Source: Candidatus Shapirobacteria bacterium
GTDB lineage: Bacteria; Patescibacteriota; Microgenomatia; UBA12405
Assembly (NCBI GenBank): GCA_041661765.1
Contig: JBAZTV010000001.1
Span: 300,791 to 364,790, forward strand
Direction: 5' to 3'
DNA length: 64,000 nt
Below the pieces are notes generated by a model, which was given only the letters and a program-made list of their open reading frames with translations, ran no database searches and was not told the DNA's origin. The position numbers and the translations under genes are program-made. Positions 18,792 to 28,016 of this stretch are shown piece by piece; within the stretch, counting starts at the first letter, position 1, and each line of letters starts with the position of its first letter.

Positions 18792-20240
18792 ATGAAAATC
18801 ACTCCCATCATTGGTCTTGAAGTCCATGTTGAATTAAAAACTAAATCAAAGATGTTTTGTAGTTGTAATGCTGAACATTTTCATGTCGAGCCCAACACTC
18901 ACACTTGCCCGGTTTGTCTTGGTCTCCCAGGCGCTCTTCCAATACCAAATAAAACTGCCTGTGAATGGTGCATCAAATTAGGCCTAGCACTCAATTGCAC
19001 CCCAAATAAAATCAGTTTTTTTGAGAGAAAAAATTATTTTTATCCCGATCTTCCCAAAGGTTATCAAATTACTCAATTAGAAAAACCATTTGTTGTTAAT
19101 GGTTTTTTGGAAATTGATGGCCATAAAATCAGAATTAATCGAGCGCACATGGAAGAAGATACTGGTAAATCCGTCCACACCACTGAAAATGGCGTCGATG
19201 TCACACTTATCGATTACAATCGTTCCAGTGTTCCTTTGGTTGAAATTGTTTCCGAGCCAGATATCACTTCAGCCCAAATGGCTAAAAGTTATCTTTTAAA
19301 AATACAACAAATTGTCAGATATTTAGATATTTCCGATGCCGACATTGAAAAGGGCAGTATGCGTTGCGAGCCAACCATCAATTTAAAAATCGAAGATAAT
19401 GAACAAACTTTTTACACTCCACTTGTCGAAGTAAAAAATGTCGCTTCTCTTACTGGCGTCCAAACCGCCATCGATTTTGAAATCAATCGCCAGACTCAAG
19501 AATTTGAAAAAAACAACGAAGTCAAAAGTCCTCTAAATAAAACCACTCGCGGTTGGGATGCCGATAAAAACCAAACTTTTTTACAGCGAGAGAAAGAGGG
19601 ATCTTCTGATTATCGTTATTTTCCCGAACCCGACATTCCTCATATTATTTTTACAGATGAACAGATCGAAGAAATTCGCAAGACTATCCCCAAATTACCT
19701 GATCAAAAAATCTCTCGATATAAATCAGAACTTAGTCTAAATGATTACGATGCCAACCAAATCGCTGAAAATAAAGAATTTGCTGACATTTATGAAAATG
19801 CCATCAGTCTTTCACCTTCACCAGATTTTGCTAAATTTACTGCCAATTTATTTTTAGGTTCCATAAAAACTTATCTCAATGAGAATAACGAAAATTTAAA
19901 TTCATCAAAAATAAATCCTCAATTTTTCTTTGACTTATTTACTGCCGTTTTTAAATCCGAAATTTCCGCCACCGTTGCCAAACAGGTAATTATTGACAGT
20001 TATCAAAGTGGTGAAAACCCAGTCGAAATTGCCAAATCTAAGGGATTAATTCAGGTTTCCGATTCCAATGAAATTGAAAAATTAGGAAAAGAGGTGATTG
20101 AACAAAACCCAAAAGCCGTCGATGATTACAAAAAAAATCCCGCCTCAATCGGTTTTCTAATCGGTCAATTAATGAAAGCCTCCCACGGTTCCGCCAATCC
20201 CTCCCTCGCCAAAGAAATTCTGGAAAAATTATTAAAATAA
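18792..20240 (+). CDS. gatB: Asp/Glu-tRNA amidotransferase subunit B
   Basis: 'IGLEVHVEL', 'KNYFYPDLPKGYQITQ', 'DYRYFPEPD'; ATG at 18792. Confidence 0.97.
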   Translation: MKITPIIGLEVHVELKTKSKMFCSCNAEHFHVEPNTHTCPVCLGLPGALPIPNKTACEWCIKLGLALNCTPNKISFFERKNYFYPDLPKGYQITQLEKPFVVNGFLEIDGHKIRINRAHMEEDTGKSVHTTENGVDVTLIDYNRSSVPLVEIVSEPDITSAQMAKSYLLKIQQIVRYLDISDADIEKGSMRCEPTINLKIEDNEQTFYTPLVEVKNVASLTGVQTAIDFEINRQTQEFEKNNEVKSPLNKTTRGWDADKNQTFLQREKEGSSDYRYFPEPDIPHIIFTDEQIEEIRKTIPKLPDQKISRYKSELSLNDYDANQIAENKEFADIYENAISLSPSPDFAKFTANLFLGSIKTYLNENNENLNSSKINPQFFFDLFTAVFKSEISATVAKQVIIDSYQSGENPVEIAKSKGLIQVSDSNEIEKLGKEVIEQNPKAVDDYKKNPASIGFLIGQLMKASHGSANPSLAKEILEKLLK

Positions 20241-20373
20241 AAATATCCTGTAATTTTTATTATCGTTATTATGATAAACTCCAAGAGTAATATTCATACG
20301 CCATTGCGCGTAAACAATGTTGGAGGTCGCACGTTGAAAACCAAGTGTTATTAAAAAAAAGGGGGATTGTCAG

Positions 20374-20688
20374 ATGGCTAATCTTCAAGAAATCCAAAAC
20401 TTGCAAAAAGAGGCTTTGAAAACAATCAAAAAGGAAATCGATGGAATTGGCAAAAATGAAGAATTTTCAAAGGAAAAAAGAGGAATTATGGTAGAAACCA
20501 TGCTGTTTATCAATTTAGTTTTTAAAGCAATTCGTGAAAATTCACCTGAGGAAGCAAAAAATTTACTAGTAAAGTTTTCTTTATTATCAAAACCAGTCCT
20601 TCAAGAACTTGAAAAAAATTTAAACAAGCTCAGTATTAATATCTTTGTCGTTGATGAGACAACTTTAAAAATAACAACCACTTTGTAA
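20374..20688 (+). CDS. Hypothetical protein (accessory, bracketed by complementary arms)
   Basis: 104-aa ORF with A-run plus GGGGG ribosome-binding region and its own terminator. Confidence 0.6.
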   Translation: MANLQEIQNLQKEALKTIKKEIDGIGKNEEFSKEKRGIMVETMLFINLVFKAIRENSPEEAKNLLVKFSLLSKPVLQELEKNLNKLSINIFVVDETTLKITTTL

Positions 20689-20701
20689 CACTTACAACGT
20701 C

Positions 20702-20744
20702 TACCCGTTTGGGATTTTTTTAAAATCCACACGGGTATTTTTTT
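20702..20744 (+). terminator. Intrinsic terminator
   Basis: TACCCGT...GGATTTT..AAAATCC..ACGGGTA followed by T-run. Confidence 0.8.
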
Positions 20745-20791
20745 GTCTCCAAAACCTGCTATTATTAATTTAATAAAAATTAATAAAAAAA

Positions 20792-20938
20792 ATGCCAAAG
20801 AAAAAAACTGCCCCTAAAAAAACCAGTACTAAAAAAGAAATCTTCTCTACCCAGACCAATTTCATCATACTTGCATTATTCTGTCTTTTTATCGCTATTC
20901 TTTTTCGTTCTATTTATGGACAAAGTTTTCAGGGTTAA
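20792..20938 (+). CDS. Putative 48-aa single-TM small protein (not in ORF track)
   Basis: MPKKKTAPKKTSTKKEIFSTQTNFIILALFCLFIAILFRSIYGQSFQG; basic N-terminus plus hydrophobic helix. Confidence 0.5.
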   Translation: MPKKKTAPKKTSTKKEIFSTQTNFIILALFCLFIAILFRSIYGQSFQG

Positions 20939-21545
20939 CTAAATCAATTAATTCCTCTAAATTCTTAATAGTGACCACTCCGTCTAATTGTTCATCATTT
21001 TTTCTATTAACCCACACAATACTAAAACGGTTCAAATTATTTAGTTTTTCTACCACTTCTTTCTTATCGTCGATAATAATCGCTCCATCTGGTAATTTTG
21101 CCAAAAAATCGGCATTTAATTTATCCCTATTTATATAAATAAAGTTTTTATTAAAAAACTCTCCAATTCCTGACGATTTAATTTTAATTATTTGTAAACT
21201 GCTAAATCCCTGAGAATAAATACCAATATCAAAATTATTCTTCAGACTTTTTAAAACAGAAATAGTCTCCGGAAATAAAGCTTTTGAATAAATACCCAAT
21301 TTATCGGAACTAAAATCTTCCAATTCTATTTTTTTATCGAATTTTTGTCCAAAACTTTCCACAAAATCATCTATTTTAAAGTCATCAGACTTATTTAAAT
21401 TTTCAAAATATTTCTCTTCAAAATCAAAAATTTCTTCTTTTGATACTTTACATATTCTGGCCAAGCTACTTCTTAAATTTTTTTTATATTCAACTTTACT
21501 AAACAATGTGTCATCCCAATCAAATAAAATTAATTCTTTCTTCAT
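20910..21545 (-). CDS. HAD-family hydrolase
   Basis: 'LILFDWDDTL' motif I and 'IIDD' motif IV. Confidence 0.85.
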   Translation of the reverse strand: MKKELILFDWDDTLFSKVEYKKNLRSSLARICKVSKEEIFDFEEKYFENLNKSDDFKIDDFVESFGQKFDKKIELEDFSSDKLGIYSKALFPETISVLKSLKNNFDIGIYSQGFSSLQIIKIKSSGIGEFFNKNFIYINRDKLNADFLAKLPDGAIIIDDKKEVVEKLNNLNRFSIVWVNRKNDEQLDGVVTIKNLEELIDLVNPENFVHK

Positions 21546-21596
21546 TAACCATATTCTACAACCAATACCTACAAATTTATAGGTTAAAATATCTAA

Positions 21597-24500
21597 GTGG
21601 ATAAAAATCTTAAAAATAATTTTTTAATCGAATATCAAAAACTAAATCCCGAGCAAAAGCTTGCCGTTGATACTATCGAAGGTCCAGTTATGGTCATCGC
21701 TGGCGCCGGTACCGGCAAAACCCAAACCATTGCTTTAAGAATTGCCAATATATTAGACAAGACCGACACTAAACCCAGTTCAATTTTATGTTTAACTTAC
21801 ACCGACGTAGCCGCAAACAATATGAGAAGTCGTTTATTAAACATGATTGGTTCCGATGCTTATAAAGTCAAATTTTGTACTTTTCACGCTTTTTGTAACG
21901 ATATTATTTCTTCGAACTCTCAATATTTCCCTTTTGCTTCCTCTAATCTCAAAGCCATTGATGACCTAGAAACCATTGAAATAATCAAAAATATTATCGA
22001 CCATCTCGACAATTCTTCACCCCTAATTTCTTGGGGCGATCGTTATTGTTATCAAAAAAGCATTCTCGATTGTATTCATTTAACTAAACGAGAAAACATC
22101 AGTCAAAAAACTCTTTTAAATTTAATTAAAGACGAAGAAATTTTTTTCAAAAATTCCAGTGATTTTATTTCTCAACTTAGTAATATTAGAGCCACAAAAA
22201 ACAATTATCCCCAGATTAATCAAATTTTAGATAATCTGCAAAATTCCGAAGTTATTTCTCTCAATCTTAAAATTCATCTCCAAATAATTAGAAGTGGTAA
22301 CGAAAATCTTAGTCAGGTTAAAAATGAAATCAGAAAATTTTATCAAGATTTTGAAAAAGATATTCCCAAACAAAAAGAATTTGTTAAAATTTTTGATTTA
22401 TATCAAAAAGAACTTCAAAAGAAATCTCTTTATGATTATGAAGATATGATTTTATTTGTCATTAATGCTTTTAATGACAATCCTGATCTTTTACTCAATT
22501 TTCAGGAGAAATACCAATATATTCTCGTTGATGAATATCAAGACACCAACTCCAGCCAAAGTAAAATAGTCGATATGTTAGGCAATTATTATGATAATCC
22601 AAATATATTTGTGGTCGGGGACGACGATCAATCAATTTTTAGATTTCAGGGCGCCTCCATCGAAAATATCTACAATTTTTACCAAAAATACAATCCTCAA
22701 AAAGTTGTCCTAAAAAACAATTATCGTAGTCACAAACTTATTTTAGAATCATCATCAAGTGTCATTAGCCGCAATAAAAATCGTATTGCCAATTTAATCA
22801 CCGATATTGACAAAACTCTAATCTCCAATAAAGATTACGATCCCGATCCAATTAATTTAACCGTCTTAAATTCCAACATTGAAGAAGATTATTACGTCGC
22901 TCAAAAAATTTATAATTTAATTAAAGCTGGTGAAAAACCCAGTGAAATTACTATTTTACTTCGTAAAAATCGCGATGCTGATGAATTAACAAAAATGTTA
23001 TCTGCTTTTGGAGTTAAATTTTTTCTTCCCTCAAAATCCAATATTTTAGATAATAAAGTTATTACTCAATTAATCAAACTGCTCGAATTTATTGACAATC
23101 CCAATTATAATGAATCGGTTTATCATATCTTAGCTGCTCCATTTATTAATTTAAATTCTCTTGATTTAGTCAAAATTTTAAAATCAAAAATTGTTCTTTG
23201 TGATTTAGTTTTTGACCAATCAAAAATTAATAGTCTTGAAATTTCTGAAAAATCTAAAAAAATAATTTCCAAATTTGGTAAAAAAATTGCTAAAACCAAA
23301 ATTGATTTAGAAAATTATCCCTTAGAAAAAGTTTTAAATAAAATTCTAAAAAGATTTAAAATTTTAAAATATTTATTGTCCAAAAACGATATTGATTCTC
23401 TTAATCAGGTCTACACTTTCTATAAACTCCTTAAGGACACTGTCACTAAAAGAGATCTTTCTTTAAAAGAATTTATCGATAGAATTCATCTCTATATCGA
23501 AAATAATCTCTCCATTTCTTCTCCTTCAATTAACTACGATTCTTCTGATTCGATAAAAATATTAACGGTTCATGGCGCCAAAGGTTTGGAATTTGATCAT
23601 GTTTTTATTTATCGATTACTAGAAGATTCTTGGGAAAAACAGCGTGATTTTGGTAAATTAAAATTACCTTTTGGAATTCTTGCCAGTGAAATCACTAAAA
23701 GCATTGAAGACGATTATGAGGAAGATCGACGATTATTTTATGTGGCTTTAACCCGAGCCAAAAAACAAATTTATCTGTCTTATTCTCAATACAAAGAAAA
23801 CGGCAAAAGCCAGAATGCCTCCGTTTTTATTTCCGAAATTGACAATCACTTAATTGAAGACATAAAATTTAACGACAAAGCCGCCGCTCTTAAAACTTAT
23901 TATCAATACACCGACATTTCTCACGATCTAAAACCGAATTTATCAGCATATTTAAAAGACTATTTAAGCAATCATTATAAATTTAATGTCAGTCATCTTA
24001 ATTCTTATCTTCGTTGCCCGTTTTGTTTTTATTACAAAACCATTTTAAGAATTCCCCAAAATAAGGAAAAATTTAGCAGTTTTGGCACTGCCATTCACTC
24101 CGCTCTTTCTGATTTTTATCAGAAAAAATCAAAAGACGAAGTTATTAAAAGTTTTGAACAAAGTCTTAAAAATGAAAGATTGCCAAAAGCTGATTATAAA
24201 TGGTGCTTAGAAAATGGTCATAAAATTTTAACTGAGTATTATGATCAATATGTCGATTCCGTCAAAGATAATAATATTACTGAATATAACTTCGCCCCTG
24301 AAAATATTGTCTACAAAAATATTCCCTTAACCGGGAAAATTGATCTTATTCAAAAAGATGAAAATAATAAAATCAATGTTATTGATTTTAAAACCGGCAA
24401 CGCAGACAGTAAATATAAAGAACTTTCGCCCGACGGCGACTACTATCGTCAAATTGTTTTTTATAAATTATTACTCGATATTAAAAATGATTCCCGTTTC

Positions 24501-24707
24501 CAATTCAATCAAGGGATCATTGATTTTGTTGAAAAAAGTAAATTAAAAAAGAATTTCATCAGAAAAGAAATTAATGTTTCCGATGAAGATTTAGATAAAC
24601 TAAAAACTCAAATCGAAGAGGTCTATCAAAAAATTTTAAATTTAGAATTCTTTGAAATCGGCAAAGATTGTAAAGACAAAGATCATTTACATTATCTATT
24701 AAAATAA
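21597..24707 (+). CDS. UvrD-like helicase fused to C-terminal PD-(D/E)XK nuclease
   Basis: AGAGTGKT, VDEYQDTN, HGAKGLEF, YVALTRA; 'SHLNSYLRCP', 'GKIDLI', 'IDFKTG'. Confidence 0.9.
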   Translation: MDKNLKNNFLIEYQKLNPEQKLAVDTIEGPVMVIAGAGTGKTQTIALRIANILDKTDTKPSSILCLTYTDVAANNMRSRLLNMIGSDAYKVKFCTFHAFCNDIISSNSQYFPFASSNLKAIDDLETIEIIKNIIDHLDNSSPLISWGDRYCYQKSILDCIHLTKRENISQKTLLNLIKDEEIFFKNSSDFISQLSNIRATKNNYPQINQILDNLQNSEVISLNLKIHLQIIRSGNENLSQVKNEIRKFYQDFEKDIPKQKEFVKIFDLYQKELQKKSLYDYEDMILFVINAFNDNPDLLLNFQEKYQYILVDEYQDTNSSQSKIVDMLGNYYDNPNIFVVGDDDQSIFRFQGASIENIYNFYQKYNPQKVVLKNNYRSHKLILESSSSVISRNKNRIANLITDIDKTLISNKDYDPDPINLTVLNSNIEEDYYVAQKIYNLIKAGEKPSEITILLRKNRDADELTKMLSAFGVKFFLPSKSNILDNKVITQLIKLLEFIDNPNYNESVYHILAAPFINLNSLDLVKILKSKIVLCDLVFDQSKINSLEISEKSKKIISKFGKKIAKTKIDLENYPLEKVLNKILKRFKILKYLLSKNDIDSLNQVYTFYKLLKDTVTKRDLSLKEFIDRIHLYIENNLSISSPSINYDSSDSIKILTVHGAKGLEFDHVFIYRLLEDSWEKQRDFGKLKLPFGILASEITKSIEDDYEEDRRLFYVALTRAKKQIYLSYSQYKENGKSQNASVFISEIDNHLIEDIKFNDKAAALKTYYQYTDISHDLKPNLSAYLKDYLSNHYKFNVSHLNSYLRCPFCFYYKTILRIPQNKEKFSSFGTAIHSALSDFYQKKSKDEVIKSFEQSLKNERLPKADYKWCLENGHKILTEYYDQYVDSVKDNNITEYNFAPENIVYKNIPLTGKIDLIQKDENNKINVIDFKTGNADSKYKELSPDGDYYRQIVFYKLLLDIKNDSRFQFNQGIIDFVEKSKLKKNFIRKEINVSDEDLDKLKTQIEEVYQKILNLEFFEIGKDCKDKDHLHYLLK

Positions 24708-24710
24708 ATC

Positions 24711-26639
24711 TCAGCCGGCTCCGCCACCTCCTCCACCGCCGCCGCCTCCGCCACCCCCAGAGGCTCCACCTGACGATCCGGATCCGGAAGCACCATAACT
24801 TGAACTGGCCGCTGTTGAAATACTACTAAGGGCAGAGGATAAAGAAGACAAACCGCTTGAAAAATCACCAAAATCACCCATATTGCCACACCAATACGTT
24901 GTCATTATAATTTGGTCATTACTGTTAGTAAAATTAACTGGCAGTGCACTTATTGCTTTTATCGAAATTCCCAAAGCTGTTCCATAAACCAAATATTTTT
25001 CCCACAAAATTATTGAATCAATTGGATAATCTTTAGTTATGCCATATTCTTTCATGTGTTTTTTAAAAGCCAACCATTTAGCCGTTTCTTCACTTCCAAT
25101 TTTTGTCCTCTTTTCTCCAAATATTTTCAGATTCATTGTTACAATCGCAAAAAACATTAAAACAAAACCGCCAAAAAATCCAAGAATTATTAGTTTTATT
25201 GAGTTCAAATATGAACCTATAACCGTGCCAGATATAAATTCGATAAACATTAAAAACAATAACAATGCTCCCACTCGTGTATAATTTTTTATTGAATGAG
25301 AAGTTTTATCAAAATAACCTTCTTTTAAATTTTCTTGAAAAACTGCATCAGAAAAATGTTTAAAAAAATCATAACTTTCAGTTCGGTGTGTAGAACACCA
25401 CACAGAAATATCTTTTAATTTAACCCCTTCAATTTCTTGTCCGCCCAAATTAACTTTGGTTCGCTTTACTGACCCTAAGAAATCAAAAACACGACCTTCA
25501 ATTTCAGATGTTTCACTTATTTTTTTATTTAGCGGTACCAAGTAATAGTTATAATCTTTTAAAATAAAACCTTCCTTTTGGTCACTTCTCATGATTTTAT
25601 AAAATCGATGTTGGACTAAAGATAAAATCGTCGCGGTAAATGAGGTAGGAGATAAATATTTATTAGTACTAATTAATTGTTCAATTTGGGCTGGATCAAT
25701 ATCGCTTGGTGGCTCCCACAATCTTCCCGACAAACTTACTTCCGGTAATTTTGAATCTTTTCCAAATTTTATAAATAGTTTTATTTGTTTAACAAATAAA
25801 ACTATTCCCAGTATTAATATTCCTGTCAAAATAATAAAAAAACCTGTTGTTAGATTATTATTTTTTTGTTTCTGTTTTTCGGTTTGATCAATAAAATTTT
25901 GTTCCTGGGTTTCAATTTCTGATTTATTTAAACTTCCAACAACCCCATTAGTAAAAATATTTTTTGGTAATAAAATTCTAGATTCAAAAAAAGTTCCCGG
26001 CCACAAATTACCGACCTCATATGTCACTTTACTGGAGTCAGGAATTGACACAATCCCATCCAATGGTCCATGCGCCCAAGCTTTTATTTCCGACCCCGGA
26101 ACATTTGCTGGCAAATTAATTTGGGCAAAAACATTATTTTGGTTTATTTCCCAATCATCACCAATCAATTTCCAATACAATTCTGCCGTATCGGTATTTA
26201 AGGTAACAGCGTTACTAACATCATATTTAATTTTAAAAGTTTTCTCTCCACTATTAGTTTGATAAAACCACTTAATATAATATTTATCCGCCTGTTCATC
26301 AACATAAAAACTGGAAATTGGTTTAGTTATATCGTATTGCCCTTTATTTTTAGTATTCAATTCCCTATAACATTCATTTTCATCACAAACTTCAAAGTTT
26401 TTTAAAATATAAGGTTCACTTCTGTCACCGGTTTTATTTATATATTCATAGGCAAAGGTATAACTTCCGTTAAAAGAAAAAACTCTTGTTTCTTCAATAT
26501 TCATCGAACCGTCAGTATTTAATTGACCTAGAATATTTACACTATCAATTGAGTAAGACTTATCCGCAGCATTAACCGGACTGAACGAAAATAATAATAG
26601 AAGTACTCCCAAAATTCTAAAATATTTTGTTAATCTCAT
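24711..26639 (-). CDS. DUF2207 membrane protein
   Basis: Signal peptide; 'ELYWKLIG..W', 'WAHGP', 'WEKYLVYGTALG'; Gly-rich C-terminus. Confidence 0.88.
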   Translation of the reverse strand: MRLTKYFRILGVLLLLFSFSPVNAADKSYSIDSVNILGQLNTDGSMNIEETRVFSFNGSYTFAYEYINKTGDRSEPYILKNFEVCDENECYRELNTKNKGQYDITKPISSFYVDEQADKYYIKWFYQTNSGEKTFKIKYDVSNAVTLNTDTAELYWKLIGDDWEINQNNVFAQINLPANVPGSEIKAWAHGPLDGIVSIPDSSKVTYEVGNLWPGTFFESRILLPKNIFTNGVVGSLNKSEIETQEQNFIDQTEKQKQKNNNLTTGFFIILTGILILGIVLFVKQIKLFIKFGKDSKLPEVSLSGRLWEPPSDIDPAQIEQLISTNKYLSPTSFTATILSLVQHRFYKIMRSDQKEGFILKDYNYYLVPLNKKISETSEIEGRVFDFLGSVKRTKVNLGGQEIEGVKLKDISVWCSTHRTESYDFFKHFSDAVFQENLKEGYFDKTSHSIKNYTRVGALLLFLMFIEFISGTVIGSYLNSIKLIILGFFGGFVLMFFAIVTMNLKIFGEKRTKIGSEETAKWLAFKKHMKEYGITKDYPIDSIILWEKYLVYGTALGISIKAISALPVNFTNSNDQIIMTTYWCGNMGDFGDFSSGLSSLSSALSSISTAASSSYGASGSGSSGGASGGGGGGGGGGGGGAG

Positions 26640-26665
26640 TAATTCATTATAGATTATAATGAACT

Positions 26666-27097
26666 ATGAAAATTAAAATCAAAAGATTTGATAAAACACT
26701 GCCGTTACCAGTTCATAAAACCACTGGTGCCGTCGCCGTCGATTTATATTCCCGTCTTGATGCTGAAATTCCACCCAAAGAAATTGGCAAAATTCCCATG
26801 AATGTTGCCATAGAAATTCCCGATGGTTATTTTATTATGATGGTTCCTCGCAGTTCTACCCATAAATTAGGCATAATGTCGGCCAATGGCGTTGGTGTCT
26901 TCGATCGTGATTACTGTGGCGACAACGACGAATATCATTTTCTTGTTTACAATTTTACCCACGCTCCCATCCATATCGAAAAAGGCACCCGTCTTTGTCA
27001 GTTATTATTAATCAAATGTGAAAATTTTGATTTCATCGAAGTCGACAAGATGGGCAATTCTGACCGCGGCGGGTTTGGGACAACAGGAGTGAAGTAA
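26666..27097 (+). CDS. dut: dUTP diphosphatase
   Basis: 'AVDL', 'PRSS', 'GVFDRDYCG', 'RGGFGTTG'. Confidence 0.95.
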   Translation: MKIKIKRFDKTLPLPVHKTTGAVAVDLYSRLDAEIPPKEIGKIPMNVAIEIPDGYFIMMVPRSSTHKLGIMSANGVGVFDRDYCGDNDEYHFLVYNFTHAPIHIEKGTRLCQLLLIKCENFDFIEVDKMGNSDRGGFGTTGVK

Positions 27098-27099
27098 TT

Positions 27100-27594
27100 T
27101 TTCAATCTCCCCTAGCCCCTCTTTGACAAGAGGGGAACTAAATCATCAATTTTCTTTTTTACGGAATCAATATTATCTATCACTTCTTCATTTGTAAATC
27201 TTATTGTTGTAACCCCAATTTGTTTCAAAAATTTATCCCTCAATTCATCCGTTCCTTTCTTTTTAATATGCGATTCACCATCAATCTCAATTGCCAATGA
27301 TAATTTTGAACAATAAAAATCAACAATAAATCGATCAATTGGTTTTTGTCTCAGAAATCTATAGCCGGTTTTATCTCTCGACAAAATTTTATCCCAAATT
27401 ATTTTTTCAGCATCAGTCGGTTTCGTTCTATTTTTCTGCGACATAAAAGTCAAACTATTTCGATATCGAACACAATTTCTTTTAGAATTTATCGCTTCAT
27501 AATCAACCGATTTTTTCATTAAAAAATTATATATTCCCCCGTCTTGTCAAAGAAGGGGGCAGGGGGAAGATTGAATAAAAAGGGGAGATTGAAA
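27100..27594. mobile_element. DUF559 nuclease gene bracketed by inverted, hairpin-containing repeats
   Basis: Left arm 27101-27138 TTCAATCTCCCCTAGCCCCTCTTTGACAAGAGGGGAAC; right arm 27534-27575 is its imperfect reverse complement; extra partial arm 27581-27594. Confidence 0.7.
27112..27519 (-). CDS. DUF559 (Vsr-like) endonuclease
   Basis: 'PTDAEKIIW', 'FLRQKPI..FIVDFYC', 'IEIDGESH', 'RDKFL', 'IRFTNEEV'. Confidence 0.92.
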   Translation of the reverse strand: MKKSVDYEAINSKRNCVRYRNSLTFMSQKNRTKPTDAEKIIWDKILSRDKTGYRFLRQKPIDRFIVDFYCSKLSLAIEIDGESHIKKKGTDELRDKFLKQIGVTTIRFTNEEVIDNIDSVKKKIDDLVPLLSKRG

Positions 27595-27675
27595 TGATAA
27601 AAAATTTTATAATTTTTATCCGCTTTATTATTTTCTAGTGGAGCTTTGTAATTTTGCTGGAGTATAATAACCATT

Positions 27676-28014
27676 ATGAATACATTAGATTTAATAATAC
27701 AAGCTATTGAAACACAAAAACCAATCGTTTTTGAATATAATAAAGAAGGTAAGATACAAGGTGAACGAAAAGGGAATCCTCATGCGATTTTTATTTTTAC
27801 TAAAAAATCAGGAGAACAAAGTACGAAAATTCACATCGTCCAAACAGATGGCGTTTCCGATACAACACCTCCAAATTTTCCAGATTTTAGAACTTTTGAT
27901 ATTGAGGATCTTTCCTTGATAAAAATTTTAGAAGATGAAGAATCTTTTGTTCCTTTTTATGAAAAGTACAATCCAGAGTCGGAAATGTATAAAGATGTAA
28001 TTGCCAAGATTTAA
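27676..28014 (+). CDS. Stand-alone WYL-like domain protein
   Basis: 'AIETQKPIVFEY', 'R..NPHAI', 'FRTFDIEDL' WYL-fold pattern. Confidence 0.65.
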   Translation: MNTLDLIIQAIETQKPIVFEYNKEGKIQGERKGNPHAIFIFTKKSGEQSTKIHIVQTDGVSDTTPPNFPDFRTFDIEDLSLIKILEDEESFVPFYEKYNPESEMYKDVIAKI

Positions 28015-28016
28015 TT

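Noticed and set aside
24711-24810. GC-rich stretch as a possible RNA gene or element
   Set aside because: Encodes the normal Gly-rich C-terminus of DUF2207 proteins
27526-27550. Repeat-supplied TTGACA as the -35 of the DUF559 promoter
   Set aside because: Spacing to TATAAT is only 13 nt
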